NCBI GenBank assembly: GCA_040081625.1
Contig: JBEBGD010000056.1
Span: forward strand, 1-35,440
Direction: 5' to 3'
Source of the DNA: Chthoniobacteraceae bacterium
GTDB taxonomy: Bacteria; Verrucomicrobiota; Verrucomicrobiia; Chthoniobacterales; Chthoniobacteraceae
Length of the DNA stretch: 35,440 nucleotides
How positions within the stretch are numbered: the stretch's first letter is position 1; every line of letters starts with the position of its first letter. The notes under the pieces are model-generated. The model was not told where the DNA came from and ran no database searches. It worked only from the letters and a program-made list of their open reading frames with translations. A program made the position numbers and the translations under genes. Positions 9,849 through 19,737 of this stretch are shown in pieces.

Positions 9849-11351
9849 ATGAATCTTCGCCCCTGTCTGCTCGCCTTGCTCGTCGTCCCGCTCGCTCACG
9901 CCGACGTAAAGTTACCCGCGATCTTTTCCGCGCACGCGGTCTTGCAGCGCGAGGCGAGCGTGCCCGTGTGGGGCTGGGCGGCGCCGGGGGAAAAGGTGAG
10001 GGTGCAGTTCGCGGGGAACGCGCAGGAGACGACGGCGGATGCTGCCGGAAAATGGCGCGTGAACTTCTCCGGACTGAAAGCCGGCGGGCCGCACACGCTC
10101 GTGGTGAAAGGCGCAAACGAGATCACCGTGCCCGACGTGCTCATCGGCGAGGTGTGGCTCGGCTCGGGGCAATCGAACATGGCGATGACGGTCGAGCGCT
10201 CGAAGGAGTTCGAGCAGGAGAAGGCGAAGGCGGCGCTGCCGCAGGTGCGGATGTTCACCGTCGGCAGCGGAGCGGCGGCGACGGCGCAGGAAAATTGCGC
10301 GGGCTCGTGGGTGGTGTGCTCGCCGGAGAGCGTCGGGCGATTCTCGGCGACGTTGTTTTTCTTTGGGCGGGAGATTCACCGCGCGGTCGGCGTGCCGGTG
10401 GGGTTGATCAATTCATCGGTCGGCGGGACGCCGATCGAGTCGTGGATCGCGCCGGAAGCGCAGCACGCAGCGCCGGAGCTGAAGGGGTTCTTTGACTCGA
10501 TCAAAAAGGACAATGCGGCGTTCGACGCGGTGAAGGCGAAGGCTTCCTACGACACCGCGCTCGCGAAGTGGAAGCTCGCCGCGGCGAAGGCGAAGGCCGA
10601 AGGCAAGCCGGCACCGCGTGCGCCGCGCGATCCCGTGGCGCTGCACGAACGGAAGGGAAATGTCGGCGGGCTCTTCAACGGCAAGATCGCGCCGCTCATC
10701 CCCTACGCGATCCGCGGCGCGCTGTGGTATCAGGGCGAGGCGAACAGCATGCCGGAGAAGGCAAAGCACTATCACGCGCAGCTTGCGCTGCTGGTAACGG
10801 ACTGGCGGGCGCGCTGGGGAAACGAGTTTCCGATGGCGTGGGCGCAGTTGCCGAACTTCGACGGAGCGGGGCGCAACTGGCCGGCGGTGCGCGAGGCGAT
10901 GCTCAAGACGCTTGCACTTCCGAAGACGGGCATGGGGATCAATATCGACATCGGCGATGCGAAGGACATCCACCCGAAGAACAAGCAGGAAGTCGGACGC
11001 CGGCTCGCGATGTGGGCGCTCGGCTCGGTGTATGGGCAGACGGGCGCGACGAGCGGGCCGCTTCCCGCCGGACACAAAGTGCGCGGCGCGGAGATCGTGC
11101 TGAACTTCACGCACGCCGACGGTGGGCTCGTGGCGAAGGGCGGGGAGTTGAAGGGCTTTGTCGTCGCCGGCGCGGACAAGCAATGGAAGCCCGCGCACGC
11201 TCGCATCGACGGCGACAAGGTGATCGTCTCCAGTGCTGAGGTGACGAAGCCAGTGGCGGTCCGATACGCTTGGGAAAACAACCCAGCATGCAATCTCTAC
11301 AACCGCGCGGGGCTGCCGGCGTCGCCCTTCCGCACCGACACGTGGCAATGA
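9849..11351 (+). CDS. Sialate O-acetylesterase (SASA) family carbohydrate esterase, secreted
   Basis: Signal peptide, [34 protein letters not shown] and [10 protein letters not shown]. Confidence 0.9.
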   Translation: MNLRPCLLALLVVPLAHADVKLPAIFSAHAVLQREASVPVWGWAAPGEKVRVQFAGNAQETTADAAGKWRVNFSGLKAGGPHTLVVKGANEITVPDVLIGEVWLGSGQSNMAMTVERSKEFEQEKAKAALPQVRMFTVGSGAAATAQENCAGSWVVCSPESVGRFSATLFFFGREIHRAVGVPVGLINSSVGGTPIESWIAPEAQHAAPELKGFFDSIKKDNAAFDAVKAKASYDTALAKWKLAAAKAKAEGKPAPRAPRDPVALHERKGNVGGLFNGKIAPLIPYAIRGALWYQGEANSMPEKAKHYHAQLALLVTDWRARWGNEFPMAWAQLPNFDGAGRNWPAVREAMLKTLALPKTGMGINIDIGDAKDIHPKNKQEVGRRLAMWALGSVYGQTGATSGPLPAGHKVRGAEIVLNFTHADGGLVAKGGELKGFVVAGADKQWKPAHARIDGDKVIVSSAEVTKPVAVRYAWENNPACNLYNRAGLPASPFRTDTWQ

Positions 11352-12721
11352 TCCGCATTCTCTTCCTCGTCTGCTTCGCCGCGGCCGCGTTCGCCGCGGA
11401 GCCGAAGCCGAACTACGTCGTCATCTTCGTGGACAACCTCGGCAACGGCGACGTGCTCGGCTCGCCGCTGCACCGCACGCCGCACATCGACCGCATGGCG
11501 GCGGAGGGGACGAAGTTCACGAGCTTCTACGTGGCCAGCGGCGTCTGCACGCCGAGCCGCGCGGCGCTGATGACGGGGTGCTATCCGCTGCGCGTGAGCT
11601 TGCACGAGAGCGGGACGAAGTCCGCGGTGCTGCGCGCGGTGGATCAAAAAGGACTGCATCCCGACGAGACGACGATGGCCGAGGTGCTCAAGCAGGCGGG
11701 CTACACGACGGGGATCTTCGGCAAGTGGCACCTCGGTGATCAGCCGGAGTTTCTCCCGACGCGGCAGGGCTTCGATGAATTCTTCGGCATCCCCTACTCG
11801 GACGACATGACGAAGGACAAGTTCCCCGCCACCTGGCCGGAGCTGCCGCTGCTGCGCGGAGAGAAGGTGATCGAGGCGCCGCCCGATCGCGACCTCCTCG
11901 TGAAGCGGACGACCGAGGAAGTCATCGCATTCATCGAGCGAAACAAGGACCGGCCATTCCTCGCCTACGTGCCGCACACGATGCCGGGATCGACCGCGCA
12001 TCCCTTTTCGCGTCACGACTTCCGCGGCACATCGAAGAATGGCGACTACGGCGACAGCGTCGAGGAACTGGACTGGAGCACCGGCGAAATCCTCGGCGCG
12101 CTCAAGCGGCTCGGGCTCGATGAGCGCACGCTCGTCGTATGGACGAGCGACAACGGCGCGGTAAAGCGCAGTCCCTCGCAAGGAAGCTGCGCGCCGTATC
12201 GCGGCTTCGGCTACGACACGAGCGAAGGCGCGATGCGGATGCCGTGCGTAATGCGCTGGCCGGGCCGCATTCCCGCAGGCCGCGTGAACGACGAAGTGTG
12301 TTCGACGATGGATCTGCTGCCGACCTTCGCCGCGCTCAGCGGCGCGCCGCTGCCGGCCCGGCGCATCGACGGCCACGACATCCGTCCGCTGCTGCTCGGC
12401 GAACGCGGCGCGAAATCGCCGTGGGACGAAGGCGGCCTCGCCTTCTACCGCATGGAGCAGCTCCAGGCCGTGCGCGCCGGCCCGTGGAAGCTCTACCTGC
12501 CGCTCGAGAACAAATACAATTCACTCAACCGAAAGGCCGCGCCCGCGAAGCTCGAGCTCTACGACGTGCGAAATGACGTGCATGAGGATCGCGAAGTTTC
12601 CGCCACGAACCCCGCGATCGTCGCGCGACTGACCGCGCTCGCGGAGAAGATCCGCGTCGAAGTCAGCGCGCAGCAGCGCCCGGCGGGCTGGGTCGAAACG
12701 GCGAAGCCGCTGCTGCCATAA
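11348..12721 (+). CDS. Formylglycine-dependent (Cys-type) sulfatase, secreted
   Basis: Signal peptide [33 protein letters not shown] and TSDNG; ATGA overlap with the esterase stop. Confidence 0.92.
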   Translation: MIRILFLVCFAAAAFAAEPKPNYVVIFVDNLGNGDVLGSPLHRTPHIDRMAAEGTKFTSFYVASGVCTPSRAALMTGCYPLRVSLHESGTKSAVLRAVDQKGLHPDETTMAEVLKQAGYTTGIFGKWHLGDQPEFLPTRQGFDEFFGIPYSDDMTKDKFPATWPELPLLRGEKVIEAPPDRDLLVKRTTEEVIAFIERNKDRPFLAYVPHTMPGSTAHPFSRHDFRGTSKNGDYGDSVEELDWSTGEILGALKRLGLDERTLVVWTSDNGAVKRSPSQGSCAPYRGFGYDTSEGAMRMPCVMRWPGRIPAGRVNDEVCSTMDLLPTFAALSGAPLPARRIDGHDIRPLLLGERGAKSPWDEGGLAFYRMEQLQAVRAGPWKLYLPLENKYNSLNRKAAPAKLELYDVRNDVHEDREVSATNPAIVARLTALAEKIRVEVSAQQRPAGWVETAKPLLP

Positions 12722-12724
12722 AGC

Positions 12725-13207
12725 TCAGCGCCGCTCGCGGAAGAAGTCCTGGAGCAACGCCGCGCACTCATCGCCGCGCACACCGGTGGTGAGCACGCAG
12801 CGGTGGTTGAGTTGCGGATGCTGGAGCAAGTTCATCAGCGACCCGCCCGCGCCATCCTTCGGCGAGGTGCAGCCGAAGATGACCCGCCGCACGCGCGTGT
12901 GGACGATGGCGCCGGCACACATCGGACACGGCTCCTTGGTGACGTAGAGATCGCAGTCAGTCAGGCGCCAGTCGCCGACCATGCTCCCGGCCTGCGTGAG
13001 CGCGAGCATCTCCGCGTGAGCGGTGGCGTCCTTGAGCGTCTCGACCTGATTGCACGCGCGGCCGATGACCTGTCCGGCGAGCACGACAACGGCGCCGACG
13101 GGCACTTCTTCAGCTGCGAAGGCTTTGCGCGCCTGGCGCAGCGCCTCGCCCATAAAGTAGTGATCGCTCGATAGATCGATGATTGGATCGGGGGTGGCGT
13201 CAGGCAC
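12725..13207 (-). CDS. tadA: tRNA adenosine(34) deaminase
   Basis: EVPVGAVVV, DATAHAEM, YVTKEPCPMCAGA and LLQDFFRERR. Confidence 0.92.
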   Translation of the reverse strand: MPDATPDPIIDLSSDHYFMGEALRQARKAFAAEEVPVGAVVVLAGQVIGRACNQVETLKDATAHAEMLALTQAGSMVGDWRLTDCDLYVTKEPCPMCAGAIVHTRVRRVIFGCTSPKDGAGGSLMNLLQHPQLNHRCVLTTGVRGDECAALLQDFFRERR

Positions 13208-13288
13208 AGTGATGAGAATTCGGGTTGCGTGAGTGGTGTTTTACGATAAGCCTCCGGCCCTTTTCTAAAAATAAACCGCCATTACGCC

Positions 13289-13753
13289 ATGAACCGAGGC
13301 CAGATTCTCCGCAACATCGAGAGCGAACAGCTCAAAAAAGTAACCCCGAAGTTCAACGTCGGCGACACCGTCAAGGTGCATACGATCGTCCGGGAGGGCG
13401 TGGACAAAGAAGGTAAGAGCAAGGAGCGCATCCAGATTTTCACTGGCGTCGTGATTGCCCGCAAGGGCACGCTCGTCAACGCGAGCTTCACGGTGCGACG
13501 CATCAGCTACGGCGAAGGCGTGGAGCGCGTGTTTCCGCTGCACTCGCCGCGCATCTCGAAAGTCGAAGTCGAGCGCGAAGGCGCGCCGCGGCGTGCGAAA
13601 CTCTACTACCTGCGTGACCGCAAGGGCAAGGAGGCGACCTACGTGAAGCCGAAGAATACGGCGCTCGCCAAGACCGAGCGGGCGACTCTCCGGAAGGCGA
13701 CCAGGGCCGCTGCAGCAGCCGAGGCTCCCGCAGCCGCAGTCGCGGCCGAGTAG
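13289..13753 (+). CDS. rplS: 50S ribosomal protein L19 (bL19)
   Basis: [41 protein letters not shown] and RRAKLYYLR. Confidence 0.98.
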   Translation: MNRGQILRNIESEQLKKVTPKFNVGDTVKVHTIVREGVDKEGKSKERIQIFTGVVIARKGTLVNASFTVRRISYGEGVERVFPLHSPRISKVEVEREGAPRRAKLYYLRDRKGKEATYVKPKNTALAKTERATLRKATRAAAAAEAPAAAVAAE

Positions 13754-13775
13754 CCAGACTGCGCCGGGCACGGCG

Positions 13776-14396
13776 ATGCCTTGCAGCCTCAAGCACGAGA
13801 AGGCACTTCGAGCCCGGGGCTTTTTATCGATCGCCGGCATTGATGAAGCCGGGCGCGGCCCACTCGCCGGACCGGTCGTCGCTGCCGCCGCGATCTTGCC
13901 GGAGAAGTTTTGCCACGAGGTGCTGCGCGATTCCAAGCAACTCACCGCGCGGCAACGCGAGCGGATCCACGAGGAACTGACCGGCCGCCCGGAAATCGTG
14001 TGGTCCGTCGCCGTCGTCGAAGTCGAGGAGATCGACCGCATCAACATCCTCCGGGCGAGCCACGCCGCGATGCGCCTCGCCGTTGCCGGGCTGCCCTCGC
14101 CGCCCGATCACGTGCTCATCGACGGCCTGCGGGTCGATCCCTTTCCGATCGACCAGACCCCGCTCGTGAAAGGCGACGCGCTCAGCTTGTCCGTCGCCGC
14201 CGCTAGCGTGATCGCGAAGGTTACGCGCGACCGATTGATGCTCGACTACGACCGCGAGTATCCGGCATACGGCTTCGCGCAGCACAAGGGCTACGGCACC
14301 GCGCTGCACCTTGAACGCCTTCGCAAGCATGGACCTTGTCCAATCCATCGCCGGTCTTTTGCGCCGGTTCACCAACTCCTCGCCGGCTCCGGCTGA
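13776..14396 (+). CDS. rnhB: Ribonuclease HII
   Basis: GIDEAGRGPLAGPVV, DSKQL, VKGD, AASVIAKVTRD and HKGYGT. Confidence 0.96.
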   Translation: MPCSLKHEKALRARGFLSIAGIDEAGRGPLAGPVVAAAAILPEKFCHEVLRDSKQLTARQRERIHEELTGRPEIVWSVAVVEVEEIDRINILRASHAAMRLAVAGLPSPPDHVLIDGLRVDPFPIDQTPLVKGDALSLSVAAASVIAKVTRDRLMLDYDREYPAYGFAQHKGYGTALHLERLRKHGPCPIHRRSFAPVHQLLAGSG

Positions 14397-14787
14397 GGAA
14401 AACGCCGCGCACGCGCTCGGCCGGCTCGGCGAGGATCTCGCCGCCAAACACCTGCGGCGCAACGGCTACAAGGTCTTATACCGAAACTTCCGCCACAAGC
14501 GCGGAGGCGAGGTCGATATCGTCTGCCGCGACAAACGCAGCGGCGAACTCGTCTTCGTCGAGGTGAAGACGCGGACTTCCCGCGACTTCGGCGCACCTTC
14601 CCACGCGGTCGATGCAGAGAAGCGCGACCTCATCGCACGCGGCGCGATCGCGTGGCTGCGACTGCTCGATTTCCCGGACATCCGCTACCGGTTCGACATC
14701 GTGGAGGTGATCGCGCCGCGCGGCGGGAGGGCCGAGGTGACGGTCCTCGAAAACGCCTTTCCCCTGCCCGAGCGCTATCGCGTCTGA
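14329..14787 (+). CDS. yraN: YraN family (UPF0102) putative nuclease
   Basis: LGRLGEDLAA..L...GY...RN, GEVDIV, FVEVKTR and RFDIV; conserved rplS-rnhB-yraN order. Start uncertain; overlaps rnhB. Confidence 0.88.
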   Translation: MDLVQSIAGLLRRFTNSSPAPAEENAAHALGRLGEDLAAKHLRRNGYKVLYRNFRHKRGGEVDIVCRDKRSGELVFVEVKTRTSRDFGAPSHAVDAEKRDLIARGAIAWLRLLDFPDIRYRFDIVEVIAPRGGRAEVTVLENAFPLPERYRV

Positions 14788-14825
14788 GGTTGCGCGGAGC
14801 CCGGCGGGCCGTGCACCTTCGCCCG

Positions 14826-16193
14826 ATGAATCCGCCCGCGAACTTCCACATTTCCCGCCGCCGCTTCCTCCAGACCAGCGCCGCCTCGCTCGCCCTCTCC
14901 ACGCTCGGCGCGGATGCGCTCGACATCACCGGCAAGCCCCGGCGCGTCGGGTTGATCGGCGCGGGGTGGTATGGGAAGAGCGACCTGTGGCGGCTCATGC
15001 AGGTCGCGCCGGTCGAGGTCGTGTCCATCTGCGACCCGGACAAAAACATGCTCGCCGGCGCGCTCGAGATCCACGGCCAGCGCGCGAAGTCGAAGACCGC
15101 GCCGCGGACCTTCGGCGACCACCGCGAGATGTTGCGCGCGGAGAAACACGATCTGGTCATCATCGGCTCGCCCGACCAGTGGCACGCGCTGCACTGCATC
15201 GACGCGATCGAGCACGGCGCGGACGTGTATTGCCAGAAGCCGATCAGCGTCGATGTGAGCGAAGGCGAAGCGATGCTCGCCGCCGCGCGCAAGCACAAGC
15301 GCGTGGTGCAGATCGGCACGCAGCGCAAAAGCACGCCGCACTTGATCGACGCGAAGAAACAGATCATCGACGCCGGCCTGCTCGGGAAGATCGGCCACGT
15401 CGATATGTGCTGCTACTTCCACATGCGCGCGAACGGCAACCCGCCGGTCGAGCCCGTGCCCGACTTCCTCGACTACGAGATGTGGACCGGGCCCGCGCCG
15501 CTGCGGCCTTACGACGGCCTGCCGCACAAGCGCTGGTGGCGCACCTTCATGGAATACGGCAACGGCATCGTCGGCGACATGTGCGTCCACATGTTCGACA
15601 CCGCGCGCTGGATGCTCGACCTCGGCTGGCCGCAGCGCGTCTCGTCGAGCGGCGGCATCTTCGTGCAGAAGGAGGGCAAGTCGAACATCAGCGACACGCA
15701 GAGCGCGGTGTTCGAATACGAGCACTTCAACTGCAACTGGCAGCACCGCACGTGGGGGATGCCGACCGATCCCGACTACCCGTGGGCGCTTTTCATCCAC
15801 GGCGAGAAAGGCGTGCTCAAGGCGAGCACGATGCGGGCGGACTTCGTGCCGCACGACAAGAACGCGAAGACCATCCACTTCGACTGCCTCTTCGAGCGCG
15901 AGAAGTTCCCCGAGGACGTGACCGAGAAGGACAACGAACTGAACGCCGCACCCGCCACGCGCCGGCACATGCTCGACTGGCTCGGCGCGGTCGAGAAGCG
16001 CAGCCGCCCGATCGCCGACATCGAGGAAGGCCACATCTCCACGGCGAGTTGCATCCTGGCGAACGTCGCGATGACCCTCGGCCGCCCGCTCGCCTACGAT
16101 CCGAAGCAGCGCGTGATCACCGCCGACGCGGAGGCGACGAAACTCCTGCGCCGCGCCTACCGCGCCCCGTGGCGGCATCCCGGCGCGGCGTAG
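14826..16193 (+). CDS. Gfo/Idh/MocA family oxidoreductase with Tat signal
   Basis: SRRRFLQ twin-arginine motif, VGLIGAGWYG, PDQWHA, YCQKP, QIGTQR and DMCVHMFD. Confidence 0.9.
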   Translation: MNPPANFHISRRRFLQTSAASLALSTLGADALDITGKPRRVGLIGAGWYGKSDLWRLMQVAPVEVVSICDPDKNMLAGALEIHGQRAKSKTAPRTFGDHREMLRAEKHDLVIIGSPDQWHALHCIDAIEHGADVYCQKPISVDVSEGEAMLAAARKHKRVVQIGTQRKSTPHLIDAKKQIIDAGLLGKIGHVDMCCYFHMRANGNPPVEPVPDFLDYEMWTGPAPLRPYDGLPHKRWWRTFMEYGNGIVGDMCVHMFDTARWMLDLGWPQRVSSSGGIFVQKEGKSNISDTQSAVFEYEHFNCNWQHRTWGMPTDPDYPWALFIHGEKGVLKASTMRADFVPHDKNAKTIHFDCLFEREKFPEDVTEKDNELNAAPATRRHMLDWLGAVEKRSRPIADIEEGHISTASCILANVAMTLGRPLAYDPKQRVITADAEATKLLRRAYRAPWRHPGAA

Positions 16194-16201
16194 CGCGCTG
16201 C

Positions 16202-17290
16202 TCAGAACAAATCCATCTGCGCCGTCGGCACGCGGAAGTGGGCGGCGCTCAGTTCGCGGTCGATGTTGCGGATGGCGAGGTCGTCGTCGGAGGGGAAACC
16301 GGCGCGGCGCTTGGCGACTTGGAATAGCGCCGCGATCTGCTCGGCGAGCGGGCCTTCGCCGCTCATGCGCGTGCCGAAGTTCGGATCGTGCAGCTTTCCC
16401 CCGCGCAGCTCGCGGATGCGGCCGAGCACCTTCTCCTTGTGCCCCGGCGCATGGCGCTCCAGCCAGCTCTCGAAGATGGGGCCGACGGCGCGCGGCAGGC
16501 GCACGATGGTGAAGCCCGCGCCGATCGCGCCGGCGTCCGCCGCGGCTTTGAGCAGCGCGGGGATCTCATGGTCGTTCAAGCCGGGGATGATCGGCGCGGT
16601 GAGCACGCGCACGGGGATGCCGGCGGCGGAGAGCTGCGCGATGGCGTCGAGCCGGCGCGAGGGACGCGACGCGCGCGGCTCGAGCACCTTGCACAACTCA
16701 ACGTCGAGCGTCGTGAGCGAGATCGCCACACTCACCGCGTGGTATTTCGCCAGCTCGCGCAGCACGTCGATGTCGCGGGTGATGAGATGGTTCTTCGTGA
16801 TGAGCGCGACGGGATTGCGGAACTCGGCGAACACTTCGAGGCACTGCCGCGTGAGCCCGAGCCGCCGCTCGATCGGCTGATACACGTCGGTGATTCCGCT
16901 CATCGCGACCGTCTGCGGCTGCCAGCTTTTCTTCGAGAGCGCGGCGCGCAGCAACTCGGCGGCGCGCGGCTTCACCATGATCTTCGTCTCGAAATCCAGC
17001 CCGGCGCTGAAGCCGAGATACTCGTGGTAGGGCCGCGCGTAGCAGTAAGCGCAGCCGTGCTCACACCCGCGATACGGCGAGCAGCCGGCGCGGAACGGGA
17101 TGTCGGGCGAGTCGTTGAACGAGATGATCGACTGCGAGTCGTCGCGGTAGAAGACCGTGCGCGGCTCGATCAGTTCGCCGTCGTCGTCGAGCAGCGGCCC
17201 GTCGAGTTCGACGTGCAGCGCCTCGAAGCGGTTCGCAGGATTTCCGCCGGCGCCGCGTGCGCGCGGCTCAGCCGAAGTAGGCGGGTTCAT
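16202..17290 (-). CDS. PA0069-family radical SAM protein (SPL-like, probable DNA repair)
   Basis: RGA..NP.NRFE, NDSPDIPF, PYRGCEHGCAYCYARP (CxxxCxxC) and TDVYQPIE; ends in QMDLF. Confidence 0.9.
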   Translation of the reverse strand: MNPPTSAEPRARGAGGNPANRFEALHVELDGPLLDDDGELIEPRTVFYRDDSQSIISFNDSPDIPFRAGCSPYRGCEHGCAYCYARPYHEYLGFSAGLDFETKIMVKPRAAELLRAALSKKSWQPQTVAMSGITDVYQPIERRLGLTRQCLEVFAEFRNPVALITKNHLITRDIDVLRELAKYHAVSVAISLTTLDVELCKVLEPRASRPSRRLDAIAQLSAAGIPVRVLTAPIIPGLNDHEIPALLKAAADAGAIGAGFTIVRLPRAVGPIFESWLERHAPGHKEKVLGRIRELRGGKLHDPNFGTRMSGEGPLAEQIAALFQVAKRRAGFPSDDDLAIRNIDRELSAAHFRVPTAQMDLF

Positions 17291-17867
17291 TGCCCGGCTT
17301 CCACTTGATATTGCAGCCGATGCTCGGCACTTGCCGCTCATCGACGGGATCGCCGGCGAGCACGGCATCAATGGCGGCGCGCATGTCTTTTCCGTCGAGT
17401 TCGCCCCTGCCCGGTCGATCCGGCCCGCGCATCGGGCGCGAGTCGTCGATCTGCCCGCGATAGACCAGCGTGCGCTGCGGACCGAAGAGGAAGAAGTCCG
17501 GCGTGCAGGCAGCGGTGTAGGCCTTCGCGACGACCTGCGACTCGTCGAAAAGAATGGGGAACGTCAGCCCCGATTCGCGCGCCCAGCGCGCCGTCGGCTC
17601 AGGTGCATCGTCGGGATACTGGGCCAGGTCATTCGCCGTGATGCCGACGATCGCGACGCTCTCGCCCGCGTAGTCCGTCGCGATTCGCGCCAGCTCCGGC
17701 GAGACGTGATGCACATAGGGACAATGCGCGCAGAAGAAGACGACGAGCAGCGCGTCGCGATCGGCGAAGTCTGCGAGCGCGACGGTTCTCCCCGTGGCGA
17801 CATCCGGCAGCGCAAAGTGCGGAGCGGGCGTGCCGAGGGCGAGCATGGTGGAATTGGTGGCGGACAT
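17268..17867 (-). CDS. Thioredoxin-family / AhpC-TSA-like redoxin
   Basis: APHFALPD, CAHCPYV, YTAACTPDFFLF, YRGQIDDSRP and PSIGCNIKW. Confidence 0.88.
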   Translation of the reverse strand: MSATNSTMLALGTPAPHFALPDVATGRTVALADFADRDALLVVFFCAHCPYVHHVSPELARIATDYAGESVAIVGITANDLAQYPDDAPEPTARWARESGLTFPILFDESQVVAKAYTAACTPDFFLFGPQRTLVYRGQIDDSRPMRGPDRPGRGELDGKDMRAAIDAVLAGDPVDERQVPSIGCNIKWKPGNEPAYFG

Positions 17868-17956
17868 GGGGGAAGGATGAAGGCGGAAGGCGGAAGGATG
17901 AAGTGATTTGTGCGCGCACCCGGACTTGCTCATCCTTCATCGTTCATCCTTCATCG
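17868..17956. repeat. Inverted arrays of heptamer repeats (GGATGAA/GGCGGAA versus TTCATCC/TTCATCG) around the palindrome GTGCGCGCAC
   Basis: Left: gggggaa-ggatgaa-ggcggaa-ggcggaa-ggatgaa (17868-17902). Right: ctcatcc-ttcatcg-ttcatcc-ttcatcg (17929-17956). Palindrome at 17910-17919. Confidence 0.85.
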
Positions 17957-17963
17957 CCCGCCA

Positions 17964-18818
17964 ATGCCCACCACGCTTCTCAAACTCAGTTGCCCCGACG
18001 GCGTCGGCCTGCTCTCGCGCATCTCCGGCTGGGTCGCGCAGCACGGCGGCAATCTCGTCGAGGTGCATCAGTTCACCGATCCCGATGCGGGCTGGTTTTT
18101 CACCCGGATGGAAATCGACACGCACACGCTGCGCGGCGATCTGCTCACGCTTCGCGAGGCTTTCCTGCCGCTCGCGGCGGAGCTGAAAGCGGAGTGGACG
18201 CTGCGGCCCGCGGAGTCGCGCCCGCGCGTGGTGCTGATGGTGAGCAAGCTCGGCCACTGCCTCGCCGACCTGCTCTGGCGCTGGCGCTCCGGCGAGCTGG
18301 CCTTCGACATCCCGTGCGTGATCGCCAACCACGACGACTTCCGCGCGGAGGTCGAGCGGGAGGGGATTCCGTTCCACGTCATCCCGATCACGCCGGAGAC
18401 GAAGGCGCACGCCTTCACCAAGGTCGCGAGCCTGCTCGATGAAGTGCGCGCAGACGCGATCGTGCTCGCGCGCTTCATGCAAATCATTCCGCCCGAGCTA
18501 TGCGCGAAGTTCCCCGGGCGGATCATCAACATCCACCACAGCTTTCTGCCGAGCTTCGTCGGCGCAAATCCGTATCAGCGCGCACACGAGCGCGGCGTGA
18601 AGCTCATCGGCGCGACGTGTCATTACGTGACGAGCGAACTCGATGCGGGACCGATCATCGACCAGGAGGTGATCCGCGTGGAGCACTTCCACAGCGTGGC
18701 GGATCTCGTGCGGCTCGGGCGCGATTGCGAACGCGCCGCCCTCGCCCGCAGCCTGCGCTGGCACCTCGCCGACCGCGTCCTCATCCACGGCGACAAGACG
18801 GTCGTCTTCCGGCACTGA
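17964..18818 (+). CDS. purU: Formyltetrahydrofolate deformylase
   Basis: ACT-like SCPDGVGL, VSKLGHCLADLL, LARFMQI, INIHHSFLPSFVGANPY, GATCHYVT and LDAGPIIDQ. Confidence 0.95.
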   Translation: MPTTLLKLSCPDGVGLLSRISGWVAQHGGNLVEVHQFTDPDAGWFFTRMEIDTHTLRGDLLTLREAFLPLAAELKAEWTLRPAESRPRVVLMVSKLGHCLADLLWRWRSGELAFDIPCVIANHDDFRAEVEREGIPFHVIPITPETKAHAFTKVASLLDEVRADAIVLARFMQIIPPELCAKFPGRIINIHHSFLPSFVGANPYQRAHERGVKLIGATCHYVTSELDAGPIIDQEVIRVEHFHSVADLVRLGRDCERAALARSLRWHLADRVLIHGDKTVVFRH

Positions 18819-18819
18819 C

Positions 18820-19680
18820 ATGACTCCCGCCACGCGCTCCTCACTCATCCTCGTCGCGTTCGCCGTCAGCGGATTCGGACTCACCACGGCGTGGGTCTAT
18901 CGCGAGGCGATCCGTGTGAAGCGCGAGCGCGAGGCGCGAAACGCCGCGAGCGCGCCGGAGACGGGCGAGATGGTGTGGATCAAGCCGGGCGGATTCACGA
19001 TGGGCTCGATCGATGGCGCGGACGACGAGAAGCCGATCCACGACGTAAAGGTGCGCGGCTTTTTCATCGACCGCACGGAGGTGACGAATGCGGAGTTTGC
19101 GCGCTTCGTCGCCGCGACCGGGCACGTGCCCGCCGGCGGATGGAAGAGCGAGAAGGAGCGCGACGCTTTCCCAGCCGTGAACGTCACGTGGGCGGATGCC
19201 GGCGCCTACGCGAGCTGGGCTGGCAAGCGGCTCCCGACCGAGGCGGAGTGGGAGTTCGCGGCGCGCGGCGGTGTCGATCGCCTGCGCTTTCCATGGGGCA
19301 ATGAACTGCTGCGCGATGGTCGCTGGGCGATGAACATCCGCGATGATGCCGACGGATTCCCCGACCTCGCGCCCGTCGCAAGTTTTCCGCCAAACAGCTA
19401 CGGGCTCTTCGACACGAGCGGCAATGCCGCGGAGTGGTGCGCCGATTGGTATCTGCCGGACTATTACAAGGCCACGTCGGGTAACAAAGCCTCGCGCGAC
19501 AATCCGCCCGGCCCGACGCGCAGCTACGATTCCGCCGAGCCCGGCGTGTGGAAACGCGTGGTCCGGGGCGGCTCGTGGCAGTCGGAAGAAGTGGATGCGC
19601 GCAACTCAACACGCGGCAAAGTCGGCCCGGACGTGGCGTCGCCGACGGTCGGCTTCCGCTGCGTGCGCGATCCGCGCTGA
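18820..19680 (+). CDS. FGE-sulfatase (SUMF1) domain protein with N-terminal membrane anchor
   Basis: GGFTMGS, EVTNAEF, RLPTEAEWEFAARGG, GNAAEWCADWY, RGGSW and GFRC. Confidence 0.9.
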   Translation: MTPATRSSLILVAFAVSGFGLTTAWVYREAIRVKREREARNAASAPETGEMVWIKPGGFTMGSIDGADDEKPIHDVKVRGFFIDRTEVTNAEFARFVAATGHVPAGGWKSEKERDAFPAVNVTWADAGAYASWAGKRLPTEAEWEFAARGGVDRLRFPWGNELLRDGRWAMNIRDDADGFPDLAPVASFPPNSYGLFDTSGNAAEWCADWYLPDYYKATSGNKASRDNPPGPTRSYDSAEPGVWKRVVRGGSWQSEEVDARNSTRGKVGPDVASPTVGFRCVRDPR

Positions 19681-19737
19681 CTGCCACATTCGGCAGGCAA
19701 AAACGGCGGTGATCGCCGTTAGAATCAAGTCCGCTCA

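Noticed and set aside
8977..10116. 452-aa ORF appearing as a long N-terminal fusion to IF-1
   Set aside because: The extension is antisense to the methyltransferase and esterase genes; canonical infA starts at 8976.
17868..17956. Possible CRISPR array
   Set aside because: Units are contiguous 7-mers with no spacers, and there are no cas genes.
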